In this document: positions 1 to 9,558 of the stretch, in pieces
Position numbering within the stretch: position 1 is the stretch's first letter
How the letters are laid out: each line of letters begins with the position of its first letter
Origin: an uncultured Gemmatimonadales bacterium
GTDB lineage: Bacteria > Gemmatimonadota > Gemmatimonadetes > Gemmatimonadales > Gemmatimonadaceae
Assembly: GCA_963701965.1 (NCBI GenBank)
Contig: OY969695.1
Span: 3,616,001 to 3,680,000, forward strand
DNA length: 64,000 bases
Reading direction: 5' to 3'
The notes under the pieces: model-generated
What the model saw: the letters and a program-made list of their open reading frames with translations, nothing else
What the model was told of the DNA's origin: nothing
Databases searched by the model: none
Made by a program: the position numbers and the translations under genes

Positions 1-816
1 GTCGGCGAGCACGCGCGCCTGTCCAGTGTGAATGCCGCCGCGGCCGATAGCCTGCGGCGGCTGGCCATCGTGCGCCGCGACGCCGGTGACGCCAGTGAGC
101 TGGACGTCGAACTCGCCACCGTCAACGCCGGCCAGGCGCTCAACGCCTTTGCCGCCGACTCGCTCGCCGCGGTCGCGGCGTTGCTCGATCTCCAATCTCT
201 CATGGGCATGGCGTCGGACCGCGTGCTCATCACGCTCGTTGATACGCTGGCCGTCCCAGCGCTGGCCGAACCGGACACCGGGACCAGCCGAACCTTGCAG
301 GTCGCCGCCGCCGAGGAGGCGTTAGCCTCCGAGCAGGGGGCGCTAAGCGTAGCGAAGCGCAGCGCTTTTGGCGCCCCATCGATCTCATTGGGAGTCGAGG
401 GCGGCGACCCCACGCAGCCCTATCCACTGCCAGCCGCCGGCTTCACGCTCCCACTCCCGCTGTTCAATCGCAACGGCGGCCAGGTCGGCCTCGAGGCCGC
501 GAACGTGTCGCGCGCGCAGGCCGAGCTGGCCCGGGCCCGGCGCGAGAGCGCGGCGGCGATCGCCGCCGCCACCCGCGAGCTGCGCGCCGCCATCGCCCGG
601 GCCCAACGCGACCGCGGCCTCCTGGCCGCGGCCAATCGCGTCGCCGCCATGTCCTTGACCGCATTCGCCGAGGGCGCGCAGGCCCTCCCCAGCGTGCTGG
701 AAGCCCAGCGGAGCGCGCGGGACGCGCTGGTCCAGTACGTGGACGACGAGGGCGCCGCTTCCGCGGCGGCCGCGGCCGTCCGACTGTTCACCGTGAGAGT
801 AGGCGACCACCAATGA
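1..816 (+). CDS. TolC-family outer membrane efflux protein (5' truncated by window edge)
   Basis: Ala-rich helical repeats and 'LPLPLFNRNGG' typical of OEP family; directly upstream of MFP and RND genes. Confidence 0.85.
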   Translation, partial: VGEHARLSSVNAAAADSLRRLAIVRRDAGDASELDVELATVNAGQALNAFAADSLAAVAALLDLQSLMGMASDRVLITLVDTLAVPALAEPDTGTSRTLQVAAAEEALASEQGALSVAKRSAFGAPSISLGVEGGDPTQPYPLPAAGFTLPLPLFNRNGGQVGLEAANVSRAQAELARARRESAAAIAAATRELRAAIARAQRDRGLLAAANRVAAMSLTAFAEGAQALPSVLEAQRSARDALVQYVDDEGAASAAAAAVRLFTVRVGDHQ

Positions 817-1859
817 CATCCCGACTCCTAGTCCCGGTGACGATCCTCGGTCTGATCGCCTGCCGGGGCGGCGACGCGAAACCGGCCGGCAATGACACTC
901 CGGCGGTCGTCGGCGCTCAGACCGCGACGGCCACGCAAGGCCCGTTCACCGAGACGGTCACCGCGATCGGTACGGTCGCGGCCCGCGCGGGCCACTATGC
1001 CGAGCTGAGCGCCCCCGCGCCGACGCGCGTGGCCCGGATCTACGTCTCCGCCGGCGACGCGGTGCGTGCCGGCGATCCGTTGGTCGAGTTCGAGCGCGCC
1101 CCGTTCGACGCCGCCGCGCAGAGCGCGCAGGTAGCTCTCACGAACGCCGAGCACGCGGCCGCGCGAGCCGAACGCCTGGTCTCGGCGGGCATCATGGCCC
1201 GGAAGGACGCGGATCAGGCCCAGGCCGACCTGGCCCAGGCCCGCGCCAACGCCGTGACCACGGAACGCGCCCAGCAGTTGGCGACGCTGCGCTCTCCCAT
1301 CGCGGGCGTGGTCACGCGCATGAGCGCGGTGCTCGGCGCGTCCGCCGACCCGGCGCAGCCGGTGGTGGCCGTCGCCGATCCCGCGCTCCTCGACGTGCTG
1401 TTCAGTCTCGCACCGACCGAAGGCGTGGGCATCAAGCCCGGCGCCGCGATCACGGTCTCGTCCGGCCAGGGAACCCATGGCGAGCCGCTGGGCACCGGCG
1501 CGGTGATCTCGGTCGGCGCGACCGTGGATTCGGCGTCCCGTGGGATCACCGTCCGCGCCCGGGTCACGCATCCGGCGCGGGCGCTGCGCATCGGCGAAAC
1601 GATCTTCGGACAGATCGCCATCGCGACGCACGCGCATGCGGTCATGATTCCGGTGCAGGCGCTCGTTCCCGACGGCGATGGCCTCAAGGTCTTCGTCGTC
1701 GACAGCGGCCGCGCCCATGCCCGCACGGTCACCGTGGGCGGCCGCACGGAGTCGGCGGCCGAAATCACCAATGGGCTCAAGGCCGGCGAGACCGTCGTCA
1801 CCGTCGGCGCCTATGGCGTCGAGGACAGCGCCAAAGTGGTGCCGTTGTCAAAGCCATGA
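813..1859 (+). CDS. RND efflux periplasmic adaptor (MFP) lipoprotein
   Basis: Lipobox LIAC; lipoyl-like 'VSAGDAVRAGDPL' and 'LRSPIAGVV'; ATGA overlap with TolC. Confidence 0.9.
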   Translation: MTSRLLVPVTILGLIACRGGDAKPAGNDTPAVVGAQTATATQGPFTETVTAIGTVAARAGHYAELSAPAPTRVARIYVSAGDAVRAGDPLVEFERAPFDAAAQSAQVALTNAEHAAARAERLVSAGIMARKDADQAQADLAQARANAVTTERAQQLATLRSPIAGVVTRMSAVLGASADPAQPVVAVADPALLDVLFSLAPTEGVGIKPGAAITVSSGQGTHGEPLGTGAVISVGATVDSASRGITVRARVTHPARALRIGETIFGQIAIATHAHAVMIPVQALVPDGDGLKVFVVDSGRAHARTVTVGGRTESAAEITNGLKAGETVVTVGAYGVEDSAKVVPLSKP

Positions 1860-4800
1860 AGCTCTTCGATCTCCTCGGATCGCAGCGGCGGTTCATCTAT
1901 CTGGTGATCGCACTGGTGAGCGTGGCCGGGATCTGGGCCGGATTGCGACTGCCGTCCGCGATCTATCCCGAGCTCACGTTCCCCCGCATCACCATCGTGG
2001 CCCAAGGCTCCGCGCTGGGCTCGCGCCAGGTGGTCTTCGCGGTCACGCGGCCCATCGAGGAGGCCGTCAGCGTCGTGCCGGGAGTGCAGCGGGTCCAGTC
2101 GAAGTCGATCCGTGGCTCGGCCGAGATCAACATCTCGTTCACGCCCAACACCGACATGGTCTACGCCCTGCAGCTCGTGCAGACCCGCGTCAACCAGGTC
2201 CGATCCGAGCTGCCGCCGGAGCTGGAGATCGAGGTCGAGCGGCTGACGCCCTCGATCTTCCCCATCCTGACGTACAATCTGGAAGGCGGCGACGCGGCGA
2301 CCCTGTACGACATCGCGCGCTACCAGATCCGCCCCGTCTTCGCGCGCGTCCCGGGCGTCGGCCGCGTCAATGTCCAGGGGACCGACGTGCGGGAGATCGA
2401 GGTCGTGGTCGACCCGGCGCGGCTCGCCGCCCAGGGGATCTCCTACGACGACGTGGCCACGGCCATCCGGCAGGCCACGTCCGTGGAAGCTGTGGGGCGC
2501 GTGGCCGAGGACTACCAGCAGTTCTTGATCGTGACTGATCAGGAGGCCCACGGCGTCGACGACGTCGCCAACGTGGTCGTTCCCACGCCATCGGGAAACG
2601 GCGTCCGCGTGCGCGACCTGGGCACGGTCGCCATTGGCACCGAAGACCATACGCGCATCATCGCGGGGGACGGCCGCCCGGCGGCATCGCTCAACGTCAC
2701 GCGCCAGATCGGCGGCAATTCGGTGGCGATCGCCGACAGCATCTCCGGCCTGGTGCGCACGATCGCCCGCACGCTGCCGCCCGGCGTGCACCTCCAGCCG
2801 GTCTACGACCAGGCCTCGTTGGTGCGGGACGCGGTGACATCGGTCCGCGACGCCATGCTCATCGGGGCCGTGCTGGCGGTCGTGATCCTGCTCCTCTTCC
2901 TCCGCCACGGGACGATCACGGCCATCAGCGCGACGTCGATCCCGCTGACGTTGGCGATCACGGTGTTCGTGCTGTCGCTCGCGGGGCAGACGTTCAACCT
3001 CATGACGCTCGGCGCCATGGCGATCGCGATCGGCCTCGTCATCGACGACGCCGTCGTGGTCACCGAGAACATCGCGCGGCACCTGGCGCTCACGCCCGAC
3101 GACCGGCGGCGCGCCGTGCGGGACGCGGTGCAAGAGTTGATCTGGCCGGTGACGACGTCGACGATCACCACCGTCGTCGTGTTCCTGCCGCTGGGACTCC
3201 TGCAGGGGGTCGTGGGGCAGTTCTTCATCGCGCTCTCGATCACGCTCACCATCGCGGTCCTCGTCTCGCTGGTGCTGGCGCTCACGATCATCCCGCTCCT
3301 GAGCGAGCAGTTCGTCAGCCACCGGGACTCGGGAGCCACAGTCGACCGCCTGTCCGGCCCGTACGTGCGCTGGCTGGGCGTCGCGTTGCGCCATCCGGCC
3401 TGGGTGGTCGGCGCGGCGGCCCTGCTGGTGGTGCTGGGTGCCCTCGCCCAGCGGCGCGTGGCGACGGGCTTCCTGCCGGAGATGGACGAAGGGGCGTTCG
3501 TGTTCGACTACTTCAGCCCCGGGGGCACGGCGCTGGCGGAGACGGACCGCCAGGTACGGATCGCCGAGCACATCATGGCCACGACGCCGGAAATCGTGGC
3601 CACGTCGCGGCGCACGGGCACCGAGCTGGGCCTGTTCGCGACGGAGCAGAACCGGGGCGATCTGGTGGCGCGCCTGTCGCCGCAGCGGGAGCGCGACCGG
3701 AGCGTCGACGAAGTGATCGACGATGTGCGCCAGAAGGTGCAGCGCGCCGCGCCCCGCCTGCACATCGAATTCGTGCAGATCCTGTCCGATGTCATCAACG
3801 ATCTAGCCGGGGCGGCGCGGCCAGTCGAGATCAAGCTCTTCGGCGAACAGCTGGAGGGGCTCGAGGCCTACGCCCGGTCGCTGGCGCCGGATTTCCAGAA
3901 AGTCGAGGGCCTCGAGGATTTCTACGACGGGGTCAGTGAGCCGTCGCCGGAGCTGCTGCTGCACATCGACGGCTCCGAGGCCAACCGCATTGGCATGACA
4001 CCCCAGCAAGTGGGGGCCGACGTCAGTGGGTCGATCCTGGGCGTCCTCGGGGGCGAGATTCGGACGGAGGACCGCGCCATCGGCATTCGCGTGCGGGCGC
4101 CGGATACGGTGCGCTACGACCCGTTGCGTCTCGGCTCTCTGCCGATCATCGGACCAGGCCGCCGGCCAACGCCGCTGGCGGCGCTGGCGACCATCACATC
4201 GGTGACGACGCGCGCCGAGTTGAACCGCGAGAACCAGCAACAGATGATCGCCATGACGGCGGATATCGCGGACCGGTCGCTCGGCGCGGTCACGGCCGAT
4301 GTCAAACGCGTCCTAGCGGCGCACCCGCCGCCAAACGGGATCCGGGTCGAGATCGGCGGTCAGTACGCCGGACAGCAGGCGGCGTTTCGGGCGCTGCTCA
4401 TCGTCCTCGGCCTCGCGGCCGTCAGTGTCATCGCCGTCATGGTGATCCAATTCCAGTCGTTCATCGAGCCGCTGGTCATCGTCTCGGCCGCCCCGATCTC
4501 GTTCGTGGGCGCGCTCGTGCTCTTGTTGATCACGGGAACCCCGCTCAACGTCTCGTCTTTTATGGGTCTGATCTTGCTCGTCGGATTGATCGTGAAGAAC
4601 GGGATCATTCTTCTCGATTTCACCAAGCTGCGCATGGAGTCCGAGGGGGTCACGCTGGAAGTCGCCATCCGCGAGGCGGCCGCCACCCGCTTGCGGCCGA
4701 TTCTCATGACCACCCTGTGCACCCTGTTCGGTCTCCTCCCGCTGGCGCTGGGCCTCGGCGCCGGCAGCGAGCTGCAGCGCCCCTTGGCGCTGGCCGTGAT

Positions 4801-4903
4801 CGGCGGCCTGGCCCTGTCGACGCCCATCACCTTGTTCGTCGTCCCGACCGTGCTGGTTGCGGTGCGGGGAAAAGACTTCAGGACACTCGGAGCCAGCGAA
4901 TAA
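1856..4903 (+). CDS. RND efflux permease (CusA/CzcA/AcrB superfamily)
   Basis: 1015 aa; 'GLVIDDAVVVTENI', 'IVKNGIIL', 'RLRPILMT' motifs. Confidence 0.93.
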   Translation: MKLFDLLGSQRRFIYLVIALVSVAGIWAGLRLPSAIYPELTFPRITIVAQGSALGSRQVVFAVTRPIEEAVSVVPGVQRVQSKSIRGSAEINISFTPNTDMVYALQLVQTRVNQVRSELPPELEIEVERLTPSIFPILTYNLEGGDAATLYDIARYQIRPVFARVPGVGRVNVQGTDVREIEVVVDPARLAAQGISYDDVATAIRQATSVEAVGRVAEDYQQFLIVTDQEAHGVDDVANVVVPTPSGNGVRVRDLGTVAIGTEDHTRIIAGDGRPAASLNVTRQIGGNSVAIADSISGLVRTIARTLPPGVHLQPVYDQASLVRDAVTSVRDAMLIGAVLAVVILLLFLRHGTITAISATSIPLTLAITVFVLSLAGQTFNLMTLGAMAIAIGLVIDDAVVVTENIARHLALTPDDRRRAVRDAVQELIWPVTTSTITTVVVFLPLGLLQGVVGQFFIALSITLTIAVLVSLVLALTIIPLLSEQFVSHRDSGATVDRLSGPYVRWLGVALRHPAWVVGAAALLVVLGALAQRRVATGFLPEMDEGAFVFDYFSPGGTALAETDRQVRIAEHIMATTPEIVATSRRTGTELGLFATEQNRGDLVARLSPQRERDRSVDEVIDDVRQKVQRAAPRLHIEFVQILSDVINDLAGAARPVEIKLFGEQLEGLEAYARSLAPDFQKVEGLEDFYDGVSEPSPELLLHIDGSEANRIGMTPQQVGADVSGSILGVLGGEIRTEDRAIGIRVRAPDTVRYDPLRLGSLPIIGPGRRPTPLAALATITSVTTRAELNRENQQQMIAMTADIADRSLGAVTADVKRVLAAHPPPNGIRVEIGGQYAGQQAAFRALLIVLGLAAVSVIAVMVIQFQSFIEPLVIVSAAPISFVGALVLLLITGTPLNVSSFMGLILLVGLIVKNGIILLDFTKLRMESEGVTLEVAIREAAATRLRPILMTTLCTLFGLLPLALGLGAGSELQRPLALAVIGGLALSTPITLFVVPTVLVAVRGKDFRTLGASE

Positions 4904-6161
4904 TCTCGCGCAGCGACCGGCGCTTGCCGTACATGAGAATACCGGTACGGTAGATGCGCGCGGCGATCCGAATGGCGATCACGTTGGACACGAAGAGCGC
5001 CGCGATCGTCCCGGCGATCTCAATGGGCGGCACCTGAATGACGCTCAAACGCAACGGCATGATGATGGGCGCGCTGAACGGAATCCACGAGACGACGCGC
5101 GCCATCAGGCTGGCCGGGCTCAAGAATACCGGTCCGACGAACATCACGCTCAACACCAGCAGCATGGTCACGGGCAGCGTCGCCTGCTGCGCGTCATCCT
5201 GGTTTTCGACGGTGGCGCCGACGGCCGCGAACAACGTGGCGTAAAAGAAGAATCCCAGCAAGAAGATCAGGACCAGCACCACCGCGGCGCCCGCGGTCAC
5301 TGAGGGTAACGGCAGGGGCACGTCCGAGGCGCCAAAATAGGTGAGAATGGGCCCGCGAAAGACCACGATCGCCGCTGATGCCGCGACCCAGATCAACTGT
5401 TGGGTGATCGCGACCCCGCCCACGCCGACGATCTTGCCCGCGAGCAGCGTGTCGGGCGGCGCGCTGGCCACGACGACTTCCGACACCCGCGTGGCCTTCT
5501 CGTCGGCGACGCCGCGGACGATGCTCTGCCCGTAGAGGATGATCGTCACGTACAGCAGGAACGCGACCATGTAGCCGAAGATCGCGCCCGACATCCCGGA
5601 GCCGCCGAGCCCCCGGTCGGTGACACGCTCCGTGTGGAGCTCCAGCGGCACCGTGGTGAGCGCGGCGATTTTCCGAGGGTCCAGTCCAGCGCCCACGAGG
5701 CGTTGGGTGAGGACCGCCTGCTTCACGACCTCCTTCACGTGCTCAATGTCGGCGACCGCCGAGGCGTTGCGGCCATTGTAGCGGGCGCCTTTGCCGGCGA
5801 GCGTGCTGTCGGTCAACACCAGATATCCGATAAACCGATTGTGCATCACGTCGGTCAGCGCCGTCGCCTCCGCCGTAACCCGTGTGTCCGGCGTCACCAC
5901 GCGCAGCTCGGCCGTCGACGTGTCGCCCGCCACACCCCCGCCCAGGTTCCCCACGATCCGTTTCCCAATGTCCGTACCGGTGGCATCGAGCACGATCATG
6001 TGCGTGGCGTCGGCCGATACCTGCGCGTGCGTGGACAGGATCGCCCCGCCCAGCGTGATGCCGCCGAACACCACCGGCCCCACCAGCGTCGCGAACAGAA
6101 ACCAGCGGGAGCGCACGCGCTCCAAGTACTCGCGGCGGGCGACGACCCAGAACTTACCCAT
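4878..6161 (-). CDS. ABC-2 type transporter permease (NatB/YhaP-like)
   Basis: 'VARREYLERVRS', 'DEKATRVSEVV', 'LAGKIVG', 'IYRTGILMYGK'; start set at ATG 6161 (MGKFWV). Confidence 0.88.
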   Translation of the reverse strand: MGKFWVVARREYLERVRSRWFLFATLVGPVVFGGITLGGAILSTHAQVSADATHMIVLDATGTDIGKRIVGNLGGGVAGDTSTAELRVVTPDTRVTAEATALTDVMHNRFIGYLVLTDSTLAGKGARYNGRNASAVADIEHVKEVVKQAVLTQRLVGAGLDPRKIAALTTVPLELHTERVTDRGLGGSGMSGAIFGYMVAFLLYVTIILYGQSIVRGVADEKATRVSEVVVASAPPDTLLAGKIVGVGGVAITQQLIWVAASAAIVVFRGPILTYFGASDVPLPLPSVTAGAAVVLVLIFLLGFFFYATLFAAVGATVENQDDAQQATLPVTMLLVLSVMFVGPVFLSPASLMARVVSWIPFSAPIIMPLRLSVIQVPPIEIAGTIAALFVSNVIAIRIAARIYRTGILMYGKRRSLREIIRWLRVS

Positions 6162-7101
6162 GGCCGGACATGCCTGCGGCGACACCCGAGGCGCCGACCG
6201 TCTCCAGGAAAATGCGGTGGAGCGACGGCTGCGTCAGCTCGAACCGCGTGATATCGGCTCCGGCTTGCACCAGTCTTGTCAGGAGAAGCTGCGGCACCGC
6301 GCCACTGGCCAGCTCGATCTCGAACGTCCGATTCGAGTCATCGAGGCGCGAGACGAGTGCGCGATCGGCGAGGACACTGGCGACGGCGCCAGAGGCGCCG
6401 TTCGCCAGCGCCAGCGCAATGGTGCGCCCCGCGTGCGCCGCCTTGACCTCCGAGACCGCACCGTCGAGGACTTTCGCACCCGACGCGATGATGCACACGG
6501 AGTCGCAGAGTCGCTCCGCATTGTCCATGAGATGGGTGCTGAAGATGACCGTGCGGCCCCGTTGGCGCAGCGCGACGATCGTGTCGGTGAGCGCTTGCGC
6601 ATTGATGGGGTCGAGCCCGCTGAATGGCTCGTCGAGAATCACCAGCTCGGGATCGTGGAGCAGCGTGCCGATGAACTGGACCTTCTGCTGCATCCCGCGA
6701 GACAGCTCGTCGACTTTCTTCGTGGCCCACTCCGTCAGGCCAAAGCGTTCCAACCACTCCCCGGTCCGCCGGTCGGCGTCGCGGGCCGACATCCCCTTGA
6801 GCTCACCCAGGAACCGGAGCACGCGACGCACTTGCATCTTCTTGTAGAGGCCGCGCTCCTCGGGTAGGTACCCGACGCGGTCGACGATCCCCGGCGTTTG
6901 ATTCGACTGGCCGAACAAGCGAATGGCGCCCCGATCCGGCGCCATGACGTTCAAGATCATCCGGATCGTGGTCGTCTTGCCGGCGCCGTTCGGGCCCAAT
7001 AATCCGTAGACCGTCCCGGTCGGCACCGCCAGCGACAACGATCGAACGGCGACGTGCCCGTCGTAGGCCTTCTCAATGCCGTCAATCTCAATGGCGAGCA
7101 T
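6154..7101 (-). CDS. ABC transporter ATP-binding protein (NatA/YhaQ-like)
   Basis: Walker A GPNGAGKT, signature LSRGMQQK, Walker B VILDEPFSGLDP; start at ATG 7101. Confidence 0.92.
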   Translation of the reverse strand: MLAIEIDGIEKAYDGHVAVRSLSLAVPTGTVYGLLGPNGAGKTTTIRMILNVMAPDRGAIRLFGQSNQTPGIVDRVGYLPEERGLYKKMQVRRVLRFLGELKGMSARDADRRTGEWLERFGLTEWATKKVDELSRGMQQKVQFIGTLLHDPELVILDEPFSGLDPINAQALTDTIVALRQRGRTVIFSTHLMDNAERLCDSVCIIASGAKVLDGAVSEVKAAHAGRTIALALANGASGAVASVLADRALVSRLDDSNRTFEIELASGAVPQLLLTRLVQAGADITRFELTQPSLHRIFLETVGASGVAAGMSGHG

Positions 7102-7181
7102 GCCGCAATATACGGTCAACGGCCGCGGTCGGTTTCTGTCGAGCCCTCGAATCCGGACCCCGGCGCCCCTAATTTGCCGCG

Positions 7182-7964
7182 GTGACGACGGGCGCTTATC
7201 GCGTGGCCAGCGTGCTCTCCGGGCTCGCGGCGTCGTTGCTGCTGCTCTTTCTCGCGTTGCCGCTGGCCGCCCTGGTCACGTCCGCGGGGCGCGATGGCTT
7301 GGCCGCGCTCGGGACCGACGCCGAGCTCCGGGGCGCGCTCCTCCTCACTGCCGGGACGGCGACGGCCGCCACGATCCTGGGCCTTCTGGGCGGCACGCCG
7401 TTGGCCTATCTCATGGCCCGCCGCGCCTTTCCGGGCCGCGCCGCGATCGCCGCGTTGTTCGACTTGCCCGTGCTGATCCCGCACCCGGTCGCCGGCATTG
7501 CGCTCCTGCTCGCGCTCGGCCGGCAGACGCCGGCCGGCGCGGTGCTGCTCGCGGCCGGGCTCCGCCTCACGGGGTCGGCAACGGGGATTGTCTGCGCCAT
7601 GCTCTTCGTGTCGGCGCCGCTCTACCTGAGCGCGGCGCGCGAGACGTTCGCCCGCGTCGACGCGCGATTCGAGGGCGTCGCCCGCACGCTGGGCGACCCG
7701 CCGTGGCGGGCGTTCCGCCGGGTCACACTCCCGCTGGCGCTGCGCGGGCTGATCGCGGCGGCCGTCGTCGCCTGGGCGCGCGCCGTCAGCGAGTTCGGCG
7801 CCGTGGTCATTCTCACGTACAACCCAAAGGTCGCGAGCGTCCTGAGCTACGACCGGTTCACCACCAGCGGTCTCCCCGGCGCGCTCCCCGTAGCCGCCGT
7901 GCTCGTGCTCCTGGCGCTCATCCCGCTCGTCATCCTGCGCGGATTGCGCGCCCACGCCGAATGA
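7182..7964 (+). CDS. Molybdate/tungstate-type ABC transporter permease (ModB/WtpB-like)
   Basis: 'DLPVLIPHPVAGIALL', EAA-like loop 'FEGVARTLG', 'WARAVSEFGA'. Confidence 0.85.
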   Translation: MTTGAYRVASVLSGLAASLLLLFLALPLAALVTSAGRDGLAALGTDAELRGALLLTAGTATAATILGLLGGTPLAYLMARRAFPGRAAIAALFDLPVLIPHPVAGIALLLALGRQTPAGAVLLAAGLRLTGSATGIVCAMLFVSAPLYLSAARETFARVDARFEGVARTLGDPPWRAFRRVTLPLALRGLIAAAVVAWARAVSEFGAVVILTYNPKVASVLSYDRFTTSGLPGALPVAAVLVLLALIPLVILRGLRAHAE

Positions 7965-7971
7965 TCGGCGC

Positions 7972-8997
7972 ATGATCGAGGTCGCCGGCGTCCACGCGCG
8001 CGTGGGAGCGTTCGCGCTCAACGACGTGACGTTCCGCGTGCCGGACGGCGCCTACGGCGTCGTCATCGGACCGGCGGGCGCCGGCAAGACGACGCTGCTC
8101 GAAGTCCTGGCCGGCGTCATCCCGCTGGGCGCGGGCACGGTGCGACTGAACGGGCGCGACGTCCGCCGCGTGCCGCCGGAGGCCCGCGACATCGGGCTCG
8201 TATACCAACACGCGTATCTCTTCCCCCACCTGTCGGTGGAAGCCAACGTCGCCTACGGCGCCATCACTGCCGCATTCGCCCGCGACGTCGCGGTCCGCGT
8301 CGGCGCCGATACGCTACTCTCGCGCCCCGTGCGCTCGTTGAGCGGCGGCGAGCGCCAGTTGGTGGCACTCGCCCGGGCGCTGGCGCGACGGCCCAAGATT
8401 GTCCTCCTGGACGAGCCGTTCGCGGCGCTCGATCCGCGGCGCCGCGCGACGGTCCGCCGCGCCGTCCGGACGCTCGTCCGGGAGATCGGCGCCACGGTCC
8501 TGCAAGTGACGCACGATTTCACCGAGGCGGGACTGCTCGGCGACGTTGCGGTGCTGCTCGAGTCCGGCCGCGTCCTGCAAGCGGGCCCGCCGGACGAGGT
8601 GTTTCGGAAGCCGGCCTCGCCCTATGTCGCCGAGTTTCTCGGCGCCGAGAACATCTATCCGGGCACGGCCGACCGGCTGGCCGACGGCGCGGTGGCGTTT
8701 CACGGGCCTCTCACACTGTACGCGGTCGGGGACATCGCCCCTGGGGCCGGCTATGCGATCGTGCGCGCCGAGGAAGTGATCCTCTCCGCCGGGCCGCCGG
8801 GCTCCTCGGCGCGCAATGTCTTTGCCGGCCACGTGCAAGCGATCGAAGGCGTGGGTCCGCTCACCCGCGTCACGGTGGACATTCATGGCACGCCGCTCGT
8901 GGCCGCGCTCACGACGCGGTCGGCGGAGGAACTGGCCTTGGGTATCGGTAGTCCGGTCGTCGCCTCGTTCAAGGCGATGGCCGTGCACCTGTGCTAG
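7972..8997 (+). CDS. Molybdate/tungstate-type ABC ATPase with C-terminal TOBE domain (ModC/WtpC-like)
   Basis: GPAGAGKT, LSGGERQ, LLDEPF; TOBE 'SSARNVFAG...ALTTRSAEELAL...FKA'. Confidence 0.87.
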   Translation: MIEVAGVHARVGAFALNDVTFRVPDGAYGVVIGPAGAGKTTLLEVLAGVIPLGAGTVRLNGRDVRRVPPEARDIGLVYQHAYLFPHLSVEANVAYGAITAAFARDVAVRVGADTLLSRPVRSLSGGERQLVALARALARRPKIVLLDEPFAALDPRRRATVRRAVRTLVREIGATVLQVTHDFTEAGLLGDVAVLLESGRVLQAGPPDEVFRKPASPYVAEFLGAENIYPGTADRLADGAVAFHGPLTLYAVGDIAPGAGYAIVRAEEVILSAGPPGSSARNVFAGHVQAIEGVGPLTRVTVDIHGTPLVAALTTRSAEELALGIGSPVVASFKAMAVHLC

Positions 8998-9155
8998 ATG
9001 TAGTCCCGCACGACGCGGCGGCCAATGTACAGGCCAACCCCGGTGCCGACGCAACTCACCAGGAACGCGGTCATGAAGCCCCCCACGAGGGCTCCCGCGT
9101 ACCAGCCGACCGCGCTCCCCAGGGTCATCCCCACGAACCCGGCGATCTTTTCCAT
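8994..9155 (-). CDS. Small Gly-rich membrane protein, 53 aa (MEKIAGFVGMTLGSAVGWYAGALVGGFMTAFLVSCVGTGVGLYIGRRVVRDYI)
   Basis: Translated by hand (below the track's length cutoff); ATG 9155, TAG 8994; two hydrophobic GxxxG-rich segments; fills the gap downstream of the RidA gene. Confidence 0.75.
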   Translation of the reverse strand: MEKIAGFVGMTLGSAVGWYAGALVGGFMTAFLVSCVGTGVGLYIGRRVVRDYI

Positions 9156-9168
9156 GTAGATGGGACGA

Positions 9169-9555
9169 TCAACCCACGTACGCGTCAGCCTCGATCTCGA
9201 CCAGGATATCGGGACTGATCAGGGCGCGGATCTCGATCATCGACGTCGCCGGCCGGATATCGCGGAACACCTCGCCGTGGACCTCGCCGATCGCGCGCCA
9301 TTGGGTGATGTCGGTGACGTAGATGCGGGTGCGGACGACATCGCGAAGGCTGGCGCCCGCGTGCTCCAGCGCCGCGCCGATATTCTGTAGGATCTGCCGC
9401 GTCTGGGCCGCCGGATCACCGACGCCCACGATCGCGCCGCCCACGTCGGTCGCAGTCGTGCCCGAAACGTGGACGTAAGGTCCCACCCGCACGGCGCGCG
9501 AATACCCGACAATGGGCTCCCAGGGCGTCCCCGTCGCGATATTCGTGCGGGTCAT
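9169..9555 (-). CDS. RidA/YjgF family protein
   Basis: '[14 protein letters not shown]', 'VSGTT', 'DVVRTRIYV', 'RPATSM', 'LVEIEADA'. Confidence 0.92.
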   Translation of the reverse strand: MTRTNIATGTPWEPIVGYSRAVRVGPYVHVSGTTATDVGGAIVGVGDPAAQTRQILQNIGAALEHAGASLRDVVRTRIYVTDITQWRAIGEVHGEVFRDIRPATSMIEIRALISPDILVEIEADAYVG

Positions 9556-9558
9556 GCG

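Noticed and set aside
1811..3763. 650-aa antisense ORF and many similar long shadow ORFs (e.g. 9469..10731, 15692..17071, 62279..63907)
   Set aside because: They lie antisense or out of frame to well-supported genes, are Arg/Gly/His-rich and motif-free, as expected from high-GC codon bias
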